Shown here piece after piece: positions 1 through 7,395 of a stretch of 64,000 nt of DNA; within the stretch, counting starts at the first letter, position 1; each line of letters starts with the position of its first letter. Made by a program: the position numbers and the translations under genes. Under the pieces are notes generated by a model. It was given only the letters and a program-made list of their open reading frames with translations. It did no database searches and was not told the DNA's origin. Origin of the DNA: Clostridiales bacterium (lineage in GTDB: Bacteria > Bacillota > Clostridia > Christensenellales > SZUA-584); the NCBI GenBank assembly GCA_029265435.1, contig JAJUJH010000003.1:935-64934 (forward strand). Reading direction: 5' to 3'.

Positions 1-2
1 AC

Positions 3-80
3 GGTTTTCATGCACAGCTCATCACGGCTGCTCTTTCATCTGACTGGGTAACATTGGGAGACTGCCGAAAAAATTTGTAA
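3..80 (+). CDS. 3' end of an unidentified gene (partial, runs off the left edge)
   Basis: Frame is open from the window edge to TAA 78-80 (...GFHAQLITAALSSDWVTLGDCRKNL*). A strong intrinsic terminator follows directly. Too short to identify. Confidence 0.3.
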   Translation, partial: GFHAQLITAALSSDWVTLGDCRKNL

Positions 81-122
81 ACCTCCGTTGTCATATAGAA
101 TAAAACAACGGAGGTTTTTTTG
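80..122 (+). terminator. Rho-independent terminator
   Basis: Perfect 12-bp stem AACCTCCGTTGT / ACAACGGAGGTT followed by a T-run. Confidence 0.8.
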
Positions 123-124
123 GA

Positions 125-280
125 ATGGTAAAAAGGGAAAAGAGCTTGATGAGACAGCTCATTGAGGAACGAGGCATCAAAGATATTGCTGGTGTTCAGG
201 CGTTGGTGAAAGAACTCACCGCAAGGTTTATACAAGAAGCGCTTTCTTGCATTTATAAAAGCAAGTTGCGCGGTAGTTAA
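125..280 (+). pseudogene. IS256-family transposase N-terminal remnant (51 codons)
   Basis: MVKREKSLMRQLIEERGIKDIAGVQALVKELTARFIQEALSC... resembles the conserved N-terminus of IS256/mutator-type transposases. It stops after 51 codons and no DDE domain follows. Confidence 0.45.
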
Positions 281-399
281 TCTCAATAAGGTATAAGCCG
301 CATCCTGCCATAACGTCTGATTGTAAATGTATTGACTTTAATTTTGCTCATTTCAATACCCTCCTCTTATTTGATGTTTTATAGAAGGTGCCGAAATAA

Positions 400-440
400 A
401 CAATAAATCCGAACCCTTCCCCGATAAGGAAAAGGTTCGG
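400..440 (-). terminator. Terminator of the original (displaced) tRNA-Pro 3' end
   Basis: Stem CCGAACC / GGTTCGG lies just downstream (minus sense) of the tRNA 3' remnant and is followed by a T-rich tract on the minus strand. Confidence 0.55.
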
Positions 441-452
441 ATGATTATGGCT

Positions 453-499
453 TGGTCTGGGTGAGAGGATTCGAACCTCCGGCCTCTTGAACCCCATTC
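453..499. repeat. attL: displaced 3' 47 nt of tRNA-Pro, direct repeat of 37095-37141
   Basis: 47-nt match to the 3' part of the intact tRNA at 37095-37171, with 2 mismatches (467, 477). Sequence diverges on both sides. Confidence 0.9.
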
Positions 500-580
500 T
501 CGTAAAGGTGGTAGGCATGCGCAAGAACAGGCTTTAAAAGCCGCTTTCCTCCAGCGCATTATCCGCAAATTCCGAGACCG

Positions 581-599
581 TTGGCACATTTTTGGCACA
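581..599 (+). repeat. Paired TTGGCACA repeats (candidate arm-type integrase sites, left arm)
   Basis: TTGGCACA at 581-588 and 592-599, 11-bp register. The same motif pair recurs near attR (37026-37045). Confidence 0.5.
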
Positions 600-607
600 C
601 AAAAAAA

Positions 608-1732
608 TCAGTGATCGATCGTTTTGCCCGTAAGAAGCGCATCGATGCTATTTACCGCGGCGACGATCGACGGGCTCTGCGGGTGGATGTATGATATTGT
701 GGCTGCCTGTGTGCTCTGACCGCTTAGCGACTGTATAACAGCGAAGTCGGTATGGACGTCGTCGAGGTGGCTGATATACGTGTGCCGGCAACAGTGCGGC
801 GTGAGGGCTCGCACTGTCTTGACTTGTGCGACTGCGGATTTATAAAACTTTCTGTATGTGCTCGGGTGTATCGGCATATCGACATTCTTTCCGGTAATAA
901 CGTAGCCGCTTGCATGGTCACGCAAATATTTTGCAGCACTGCGGCATGATGGCGGCACTATAACATCTCGCTCTCTGTTTTCAGCCTTTACGTCGCCTAT
1001 GTACATTTGCCCTCCTGCTTTAATCTTTACAGCGCGGCGGATGCTTATTTGGCTGCCATCCGGAGCGATATCAAAAGACGACAGGCCAAGCAGCTCCTGC
1101 GTGCTGATGCCTGTGCCGAGCATGAGACGTATACTATGACCGATGCGTGTTTTGGGCAGCCCAGTCATCAGCGCAACAACCTCTTCAGCCGTGAATGCAT
1201 CCTTCTTCCCGGTTTTCTTGTTGCCTAAGCGCCTGTAGTTGGTGCGGTCTGCCAACGGCACAGGGTTTTTATCTATAAGCTTATTCGATTCGGCTTTACG
1301 AAGAATTTGATTGAGCATTGCTCTAAGTTTACCGCACATCGACGGGCTGTAATGCGCGGCCTTAAACTCGAGGAAGTCCTCGATGTCTTCCGCACATATG
1401 GAGGAAACCTTCCGATGCCTAAAATAATTCTTTATATGCTCGAGAGTATATTTATAACCGGCAGCTGTGCTCTCTTCTACTTTTTTTGAGTATTTATCAA
1501 ACCAGCGCTGCGCCCAATCCGCCATTGAGATATCCGGATCAACTGACATGAACGCGCCGCGGCGGTCCCACTCCTTATATTTATCCAGTGCGGCCTCCTG
1601 CGTTTTGGCGGCAAACTGCTTGCGCCTTATGTTGCCGTTATCGTCAGGAACGGATATGCGATAAATATAGAGATCGCGTTTTGAGTCATAATACATATTA
1701 CCTGTGCCGTTGGCGCCGCGGCGTTTTGCCAT
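608..1732 (-). CDS. int: Tyrosine-type site-specific integrase
   Basis: C-terminal HCCRHTYISH...Y catalytic signature and a phage-integrase SAM-like N-domain. ATG 1732 is preceded by GAGGGG; the track ORF extends to TTG 1747. Confidence 0.9.
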   Translation of the reverse strand: MAKRRGANGTGNMYYDSKRDLYIYRISVPDDNGNIRRKQFAAKTQEAALDKYKEWDRRGAFMSVDPDISMADWAQRWFDKYSKKVEESTAAGYKYTLEHIKNYFRHRKVSSICAEDIEDFLEFKAAHYSPSMCGKLRAMLNQILRKAESNKLIDKNPVPLADRTNYRRLGNKKTGKKDAFTAEEVVALMTGLPKTRIGHSIRLMLGTGISTQELLGLSSFDIAPDGSQISIRRAVKIKAGGQMYIGDVKAENRERDVIVPPSCRSAAKYLRDHASGYVITGKNVDMPIHPSTYRKFYKSAVAQVKTVRALTPHCCRHTYISHLDDVHTDFAVIQSLSGQSTQAATISYIHPQSPSIVAAVNSIDALLTGKTIDH

Positions 1733-1808
1733 GGTAGATCCCCTCAATTCAAAATTACTCGCTATTGGGTTTGTGCGCTAGATTGTTGCATAAACGCTGG
1801 TGTAATAA

Positions 1809-2582
1809 TTAAATAACAAGCCATGTGCTCTCGGGCTTTGCAAGCAATCTAGCATTATTATAAGCCATTTTAAGCGAAAGACATGTATGCCCTATATATC
1901 TATCTTGCACTCGGGATAACGTAAGAGCCAAATCTGGGACTGTGGGATTAAGCAAAGCTAATGGTAATAATAACTGAATTTTTCCTTTATAATATTGAGG
2001 GACCGCAACTTTAAAATTCGTTTGAACACGCTTTTTGGCAATGCATATGGCACCTTCAAATAGCATATTGAGATTCTGAGCATTACGTATAGATGAAGGT
2101 AACCGGTCTTTATTCTTAGCGTCGCTTAAAATGTGTGTAACATTGCAAGAAATCTCTTTTGAGACGTCAAGTATCACATCGTCCACTGACTTAAAATAAA
2201 CAGCCCTCTTCGGTAATATAGGTAAGCGCGTTAAATTTGCAGAAGTGTAAAATCCTTTAAACACCCATGGTTTTGAAGCGGAAGGTGTTGTATTTGGAGA
2301 AAAAAGGCCGTATATTTCTTCATAATTCTTTGTAAATAAACCAGTATTGAAACATATAGTTTTATCATCGATATAAATAATATTATTTTTTTCATTTGTA
2401 TCTGCTTTCTGGTAATCTGCGTACAGCTTCATAAATGTATGGTTGATGTAATTTTTAAGAACGATATTCTTTTCACCCCAATTTTCCGGATCTGCGAAAG
2501 TGGTAAGGTAATTAATAAATCCATCCCAATCCGGAACAACGGCAAAGTTATAGAAGTTTTCTGAAAGTTTGAAATTAGGCAT
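1809..2582 (-). CDS. DUF3825-like protein (function unknown), prophage moron
   Basis: Motifs FAVVPDWD, FNTGLFTKNYEEIYGLF, PWVFKGF, AKKRVQTNFKVAVPQYY, LLLPL and MAYNNARLL...WL match my recollection of the DUF3825 family. Visibly AT-rich compared with the rest of the prophage. Confidence 0.6.
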   Translation of the reverse strand: MPNFKLSENFYNFAVVPDWDGFINYLTTFADPENWGEKNIVLKNYINHTFMKLYADYQKADTNEKNNIIYIDDKTICFNTGLFTKNYEEIYGLFSPNTTPSASKPWVFKGFYTSANLTRLPILPKRAVYFKSVDDVILDVSKEISCNVTHILSDAKNKDRLPSSIRNAQNLNMLFEGAICIAKKRVQTNFKVAVPQYYKGKIQLLLPLALLNPTVPDLALTLSRVQDRYIGHTCLSLKMAYNNARLLAKPESTWLVI

Positions 2583-2647
2583 AATCTTTTATTCCTTTCG
2601 CGTAAAGAAATTTTTATATCTTTTTTAAAAAATATCGTATAAAAAAC

Positions 2648-2676
2648 TTGACATTTTCATATAACTAGAATAAGAT
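2648..2676 (+). promoter_or_regulatory. Near-consensus sigma-A promoter with no downstream CDS
   Basis: TTGACA (2648-2653), 17-nt spacer, TAAGAT (2671-2676). It points away from the DUF3825 gene. Confidence 0.5.
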
Positions 2677-2682
2677 ACTTTA

Positions 2683-2768
2683 TACAGAGCAGCTTTTGCT
2701 GTTCTCTAACTCAAGTTTTTTAGACGTTAATTTTTGGCAGGCACTATTTAGGTGCCTGTTTTATTTCC
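2683..2768 (+). ncRNA. Candidate ~85-nt small RNA (promoter-to-terminator unit)
   Basis: Runs from the predicted start after the -10 to the terminator CAGGCAC/GTGCCTG plus TTTTATTT (2738-2766). Internal hairpin AGAGCAGC/GCTGTTCT. No ATG with an RBS. Confidence 0.3.
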
Positions 2769-2773
2769 TTCAA

Positions 2774-2793
2774 AATCCCAAGCGCTTGGGATT
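2774..2793 (-). terminator. Terminator hairpin of the 2-TM moron gene
   Basis: Perfect 20-nt palindrome AATCCCAAGC|GCTTGGGATT overlaps the stop codon and is followed by TTTT on the minus strand. Confidence 0.6.
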
Positions 2794-3481
2794 ATGCGAT
2801 TTGCTTTTGGATAACAGCTAGGGTTGCACAGACCTCTTTTGCGTAATTAAAAGCTTCTGTATAATAAGCCCGATTTTTATCGACCCCGGGCGGCACAATA
2901 AGGTCTTGCACGATGCTAGGATTTGCTATATCGTTTATGGATATGCGCAGCTGCATTTTGGCGCATAGGTTCATATTCTTTTTCATAGTGGACCCGACAA
3001 TAGCTCCTGTTGCGCCAAAAAGTAATCCGCCGGCGACGGCGTTTGCAGTACTGCTGCTTGTGACCGTTTGCCCGTCCTCAATAAGCTCGTAAGAGACGAG
3101 ATCGGAAAATCCGAACGTACGGTTTTCATTTTGAGATGTAAAGTTTATCAGTTTATTATCAGTATCAACAGCAAAGTGAATCTTATTGAAGTGAATTGTC
3201 TTTGATGATTTGAAGCCTTCTTTCGAAATGAGTAGCTCATATCGAGAAATTTCTTTTTGTTTTTCGGCCATTTCGTCTTCTCGCTTTTTTATCTCTTTGG
3301 CTTTACCGTACATATTTACGAGAGTGATTGGCGTTACGATTGCATCGACAATTATAATCAGCACCGCAAGTAATATAAGCCCTGCGCTAAACGATCGTAC
3401 AGACATTAGTATTAAAATAATCGATACTATTAAAAGCAAAACACCGATGCAAAGCGTTATCCAGAAAGACTTCTTTAACAT
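2792..3481 (-). CDS. Membrane protein: two N-terminal TM helices, coiled segment, C-terminal domain with glycine-zipper stretch
   Basis: 229 aa. Hydrophobic stretches WITLCIGVLLLIVSIILILM and LILLAVLIIIVDAIV, plus GGLLFGATGAIVG. AT-rich. No family recognised. Confidence 0.6.
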   Translation of the reverse strand: MLKKSFWITLCIGVLLLIVSIILILMSVRSFSAGLILLAVLIIIVDAIVTPITLVNMYGKAKEIKKREDEMAEKQKEISRYELLISKEGFKSSKTIHFNKIHFAVDTDNKLINFTSQNENRTFGFSDLVSYELIEDGQTVTSSSTANAVAGGLLFGATGAIVGSTMKKNMNLCAKMQLRISINDIANPSIVQDLIVPPGVDKNRAYYTEAFNYAKEVCATLAVIQKQIA

Positions 3482-3542
3482 GGCAATACCCCTTTTATAT
3501 TATTTTCCGGCAATGCTTTATTTTAAACGCTGCCTAGAATCC

Positions 3543-3986
3543 TTAATCTTTCTCTAAAAAGAACCGTTCAAAATCAGATATGCGCGCTTTGTAATATGCG
3601 AAAACCCACGACAAAAACTCTTCCGTTACGCCTAAATACTCCGCACATTCGAAGCGATTTCTCACTCCGGCCGCTTTGGCTTTGTATAATCGCTCTAACG
3701 GCACAACGAGCTCAATAGCATAGGCGATGGCTCTTGCTTCCTGCCTTGTCATTTCGGATGGATTCATTGTGCGCGCATCGCCCCACGAAGTGATCATGTG
3801 GCCGTATTCTTCGGCCAATGTACAGAGACGGCGCGGGGCGTCCATGCTTGGCCGCAGATAGATTACTTTCTCGTTATTGTAATCACAGTATAAGCCATCC
3901 AGACAATTCGGTAAACGATTATGTTCTTTAATGCGCGCGCCTTCGTCGGTGATGCGCTGCTCAAGAGCTTCATCCGCTGTAAGCAT
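3543..3986 (-). CDS. ImmA/IrrE-like metallopeptidase-domain protein (putative anti-repressor protease) with degenerate zinc motif
   Basis: Sits directly downstream of the XRE repressor, as in ImmR-ImmA pairs. TLAEEYGHM occupies the place of the family HExxH motif. Confidence 0.6.
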   Translation of the reverse strand: MLTADEALEQRITDEGARIKEHNRLPNCLDGLYCDYNNEKVIYLRPSMDAPRRLCTLAEEYGHMITSWGDARTMNPSEMTRQEARAIAYAIELVVPLERLYKAKAAGVRNRFECAEYLGVTEEFLSWVFAYYKARISDFERFFLEKD

Positions 3987-4083
3987 AATTGCGCTCCAAG
4001 ATGTCGAAAGTCTGTTTGTATTTTAGCCCAAGATGTGGTAAATTACAAGTCGCTATATATTGTACAACGCGAGGTATTGTATA

Positions 4084-4404
4084 CTATTTTTTTTCGCGTT
4101 TACTGATCACATACTTGATAAAGTTATCTATTTCCTCGCGCTCTTCATCCGTAAAATCACCTGGAGTACCTTTATGAAACGCGACGATATCAATCTCTCT
4201 CTTATCGGTACGACCAAGCAGGAAATCTGAAGATACATTAAAAAAATCAGCTATACGTGAAATTGTATCAGGATCCGGCGTTGCCTTGTCTGTTTCCCAT
4301 TTTGCTACAGCTTGTTGACTCACAGAAAGATTACGAGCAAGCTCGTTCTGCGAAATCTTATATTCTGCCCTTAATTTCTTTAATATTTTACTAAACATCA
4401 TCAA
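4084..4404 (-). CDS. XRE-family HTH repressor (CI/ImmR-like)
   Basis: ISQNELARNLSVSQQAVAKWETDKATP is a classic HTH_3 signature. Divergent from the cro-like gene across an operator-rich region. Confidence 0.85.
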   Translation of the reverse strand: MMMFSKILKKLRAEYKISQNELARNLSVSQQAVAKWETDKATPDPDTISRIADFFNVSSDFLLGRTDKREIDIVAFHKGTPGDFTDEEREEIDNFIKYVISKREKK

Positions 4405-4425
4405 GCAACCATCCTATTCGAATAA

Positions 4426-4442
4426 TACAACTACTCGTTGTA
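4426..4442. promoter_or_regulatory. Operator-like palindrome TACAAC-N5-GTTGTA
   Basis: Perfect inverted repeat in the repressor/cro intergenic region. GTTGTA/TACAAC half-sites recur at 4461-4466, 4481-4486 and 4496-4503. Confidence 0.55.
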
Positions 4443-4461
4443 TTTGTATAAATAAAAAAAG

Positions 4462-4504
4462 TTGTATAAAAAGTATTGACAACAACCTATTGTAGTTATA
4501 CAAT
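4462..4504 (+). promoter_or_regulatory. Early rightward promoter bracketed by inverted repeat TTGTATAA / TTATACAA
   Basis: TTGACA 4476-4481, 17-nt spacer, TACAAT 4499-4504. The inverted-repeat arms at 4462-4469 and 4496-4503 flank or overlap the promoter. Confidence 0.7.
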
Positions 4505-4538
4505 GTCGCTAAAGATTACAACCAAAGGTGGTTAATTG

Positions 4539-4736
4539 ATGGGTGTTAACAACTGGCTCAAAAAATACAGAGGAGAACGCTCTCAAGCAGATGTAGCCGA
4601 ACGTTGTGGGATATCACAACAGGCGCTGTCGGCAATTGAGCTGGGTAAGAAACGGCCTTCTGTCAAATTAGCCAAGCTTTTAGCGGCCGAGCTCGGGTTC
4701 GATTGGACCCGATTTTATACCGAACTCCCAAAGTAA
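4539..4736 (+). CDS. Cro-like XRE-family HTH protein
   Basis: SQADVAERCGISQQALSAIELGKKRPS HTH. RBS AAAGGTGG lies upstream of ATG 4539. Confidence 0.8.
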   Translation: MGVNNWLKKYRGERSQADVAERCGISQQALSAIELGKKRPSVKLAKLLAAELGFDWTRFYTELPK

Positions 4737-4839
4737 CCACCTCCTTGCATCATGAGTTTAGCAAAACAAAGAGCATGATACCACGAATTGTTAATTCGTG
4801 AAATTACTAATAAACAGTACATTTACGGGGTGAAAAATA

Positions 4840-5277
4840 ATGAAGCCGAACACGGGCCAAATTTATCAGTCAGTAAGAAAAGCGGCGGGGTACTCACAAG
4901 AACGCTGGGCTGAACTGCTCAACACGTCTACCAAGAGCATTCAAAACTATGAGGCTGGCATTACACTGCCGGCAGACGACATCGTATTTCGAATGATCGA
5001 CCTGACCGGCGCAACGCACCTGGCATATACGCATTTTCGTCGAGTTCATGAGCTGTTTTCTGATTATCTTCCCGTCGTCGAAGAAAAAGGGTTAGCGGCG
5101 GCGGCAATCAGCATGATGAAAGAATTGGCCGACATTATGAAAGTCGAGAAAGACATAATCGAAATCGCATGCGACGGTAAAGTGAGCGACGATGAGCGCG
5201 AAAAGGCGAATGCGATCATAAAAGAGGCCCGTGAACTGATTGCGGCGCTGACGATGCTCGTCTGTTCGTTGTCTTAG
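4840..5277 (+). CDS. HTH (XRE-like) domain protein with helical C-terminal domain
   Basis: YSQERWAELLNTSTKSIQNYEAG HTH. The C-terminus carries a DGKVSDDEREKA motif. Confidence 0.65.
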   Translation: MKPNTGQIYQSVRKAAGYSQERWAELLNTSTKSIQNYEAGITLPADDIVFRMIDLTGATHLAYTHFRRVHELFSDYLPVVEEKGLAAAAISMMKELADIMKVEKDIIEIACDGKVSDDEREKANAIIKEARELIAALTMLVCSLS

Positions 5278-5295
5278 TTGCGGAAGGAGACTGCC

Positions 5296-5634
5296 ATGTC
5301 AAACGTATATCAGATGGACAAACAAACAACAAGCGCAATAATCAAGCGAGCTGCAGATCAGCAAGAATCGCTGACGGCTCAAGCCATGCGAAAAATGGCT
5401 GAATCTTTAAGGTTGCAGGCCGAAGTTGTTGATGCACTCGCATTGGCAATAGTTGGCGGCAGTGATTCAGATATGCTGCGCTCGATTGATGTGCAGCGCG
5501 TACTCAATTGCGGGCCGAGTAAGGCATGCGCGATCATACGTACGTTCGGCACCGGCGGCGGAAAGATGGGCCGCATCACGCGCGGCCGGCTTATGGAGCT
5601 TCAGCGCGAAGGCCGATTGAGCGGTATAAAGTAA
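5296..5634 (+). CDS. Hypothetical early protein
   Basis: ORF with RBS GGAAGGAG before ATG 5296; the track ORF starts at TTG 5278. Confidence 0.5.
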   Translation: MSNVYQMDKQTTSAIIKRAADQQESLTAQAMRKMAESLRLQAEVVDALALAIVGGSDSDMLRSIDVQRVLNCGPSKACAIIRTFGTGGGKMGRITRGRLMELQREGRLSGIK

Positions 5635-5646
5635 AGGAGCGACGAG

Positions 5647-5772
5647 ATGATCAGCATTACGGCAGACGGCAAGATAGACGATGCAGAGCGTCAGCGGTTT
5701 GATGCCATCATGAAAGAATTTGAAGATGTAGTAAGAGCCTATTACGCTCTCAAATACGCGAGGAAGCTATGA
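5647..5772 (+). CDS. Small hypothetical protein (41 aa)
   Basis: MISITADGKIDDAERQRFDAIMKEFEDVVRAYYALKYARKL. Not in the ORF track because it is under 60 aa. Its stop overlaps the next start. Echoes the C-terminus of the 4840-5277 product. Confidence 0.4.
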   Translation: MISITADGKIDDAERQRFDAIMKEFEDVVRAYYALKYARKL

Positions 5773-5975
5773 ACAGTGAACGGGAAAAATCCGTTGAAAC
5801 AATGACGGTGCAGGAAGTCGCCGCACTGCTGGGGACGGCGCCAATGAAAGTCAAGTCAGCTATCCTCAACGGAACCATGCCCATTGGTATGGTGGCCAGA
5901 GATGAACATAGCACACACGACCGAACAATCATCATCAAAACACGCTGGGAAAAGTGGATAGCCGGTGAGATTTGA
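5769..5975 (+). CDS. Small HTH DNA-binding protein (excisionase/MerR-like)
   Basis: MTVQEVAALLGTAPMKVKSAI resembles the excisionase-type HTH_17 N-terminus. Confidence 0.45.
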   Translation: MNSEREKSVETMTVQEVAALLGTAPMKVKSAILNGTMPIGMVARDEHSTHDRTIIIKTRWEKWIAGEI

Positions 5976-6036
5976 TTCCGCATGAAAAGCTGCATCAAAT
6001 TTTCCCGCCAAATGAGCGAAGCAAGGAGGTCACTTA

Positions 6037-6255
6037 ATGCCGCAGTATAGAATATGCCCCGACTGCGGGGCGCATCTTGATCCGTGTGAGGCTTGTGACT
6101 GCCAAATGGACGAGCCAAAAAGCTGCGCAACCTGTGAAGGGAGCAACGATCCGGCGAACTGCCCGGTTTTTTGCGGGGACAACAGCCTGACTTACTCAGG
6201 TTGGACACCGAAAAAGGAGGCGGCATATGTCAGCATCAGCTGTAAAGGTCAATAG
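6037..6255 (+). CDS. Cys-rich small protein
   Basis: RBS AAGGAGG. CPDCG...CEACDC...CATC...C..FC pattern. Confidence 0.5.
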   Translation: MPQYRICPDCGAHLDPCEACDCQMDEPKSCATCEGSNDPANCPVFCGDNSLTYSGWTPKKEAAYVSISCKGQ

Positions 6256-6640
6256 CAAGCTCATTGGCGGGGAATTCGAACAATCATTTTATGTGGCGTC
6301 GGTGATGGCCGGCTATTACGTCCAGCAACTGCCCGCGACGGTCGGATACGACTTTATACTTGGCATCGAAGGGCGGGAACTCCCTATCGAACTGAAGTGC
6401 ACCCTGAACGGCACACTGAGGCTCAAACACTTTACGCCGATTGAAATACGAGTGGCCGAAGCACGATACGAAAAAGGCCTGCCGTATTATGTGGCCTACC
6501 CGCTGTTAAGCGGCTTCGGCATAACGACATGGGCACGGCTGCGAAGCAAGCTGCTGGCGCGCGAAACAGTGATATTGAACCAAAGCACAGCGGTTATGTG
6601 GCTGCCGGACGAGAAATTTCTGAGAAAGACTGAATCGTGA
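6227..6640 (+). CDS. Hypothetical protein, possible PD-(D/E)xK-fold nuclease
   Basis: RBS AAGGAGG. GYDFILG...ELPIELKC resembles a D...E.K motif. Weak call. Confidence 0.45.
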   Translation: MSASAVKVNSKLIGGEFEQSFYVASVMAGYYVQQLPATVGYDFILGIEGRELPIELKCTLNGTLRLKHFTPIEIRVAEARYEKGLPYYVAYPLLSGFGITTWARLRSKLLARETVILNQSTAVMWLPDEKFLRKTES

Positions 6641-6660
6641 GAAAGGAGGAAAGCGAGAGC

Positions 6661-6891
6661 ATGTGCGGAAGCGACACGTTGTTTGAAGTGCTTGCGGATC
6701 TGTCGAAACGCAAGCAGCAGGCGTACAGCGCAGGAGAAGCAGGACTGCAAAAGGTGCAGGAGATCGAAGACATAGAACGGCATTTAAAGCGGATGCTTGT
6801 GCCAATGGCGCCCATCGAGACGTTAATACCGACGGCAAACGTAGAAGCGAACAGCGACCCGCTGGACGGGATATTGCAAGGGAGGGAATGA
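6661..6891 (+). CDS. Hypothetical protein
   Basis: ATG 6661 lies 10 nt after AGGAGG; the track ORF begins at GTG 6637. Confidence 0.45.
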   Translation: MCGSDTLFEVLADLSKRKQQAYSAGEAGLQKVQEIEDIERHLKRMLVPMAPIETLIPTANVEANSDPLDGILQGRE

Positions 6892-6893
6892 GA

Positions 6894-7268
6894 ATGCCTG
6901 GGAGAGTCAAAAACTGGTGGGAGCGACGCAAAGCGCACTCCAAAGAAAAAATGGCCGCGTACGTTGAAACAGAACGCCGCGAGAACGTCGCCGCGGCGAG
7001 CCGGTATCTTGACGAATCGGCGACGCCGCTTGAAGCGCTGGAACTCGCAAGGCGCGTGATCACACGGGCGTCAACAGCAGCCGGCGGCGTGAAATGCAGC
7101 AAGGCGTGGTGCGAGCGGGCGTGCTCAGCGCTGATGGTGCTTGAATCTGAGATAGAAGGAGGCAGAGCGCGTGAAACGACTGCTCACCGTGTTGCTGTGG
7201 CCGGTGCTTCTCGTCGTCAGGAGCTGTCAGTGTATCCGGTTCGAAAGAGCGCTAAAACGGGCGAATAA
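6894..7268 (+). CDS. Hypothetical protein
   Basis: ATG 6894 after GGGAGGGA. The 3' third overlaps another RBS-preceded ORF, so the true end is uncertain. Confidence 0.4.
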   Translation: MPGRVKNWWERRKAHSKEKMAAYVETERRENVAAASRYLDESATPLEALELARRVITRASTAAGGVKCSKAWCERACSALMVLESEIEGGRARETTAHRVAVAGASRRQELSVYPVRKSAKTGE

Positions 7269-7323
7269 GCGCCGTACGGCGCACAGAAGACGCCGGTACA
7301 GGGTCAATGGCATCTACATATGA
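7171..7323 (+). CDS. Small putative membrane protein (50 aa, GTG start)
   Basis: AGGAGG lies 8 nt before GTG 7171. VKRLLTVLLWPVLLVV is hydrophobic and is followed by a basic tail. Confidence 0.3.
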   Translation: MKRLLTVLLWPVLLVVRSCQCIRFERALKRANKRRTAHRRRRYRVNGIYI

Positions 7324-7395
7324 GGCCGGTATCGCAATGCCCGTAATACCAAGAGAGGACTGTTTCGACCACGAAATTTAAGAGGGAGGAAAACC

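Noticed and set aside
353-598. 81-aa minus-strand ORF.
   Set aside because: It spans the tRNA-Pro 3' remnant, its terminator and the integrase arm-site region. It has no RBS and an implausible composition.
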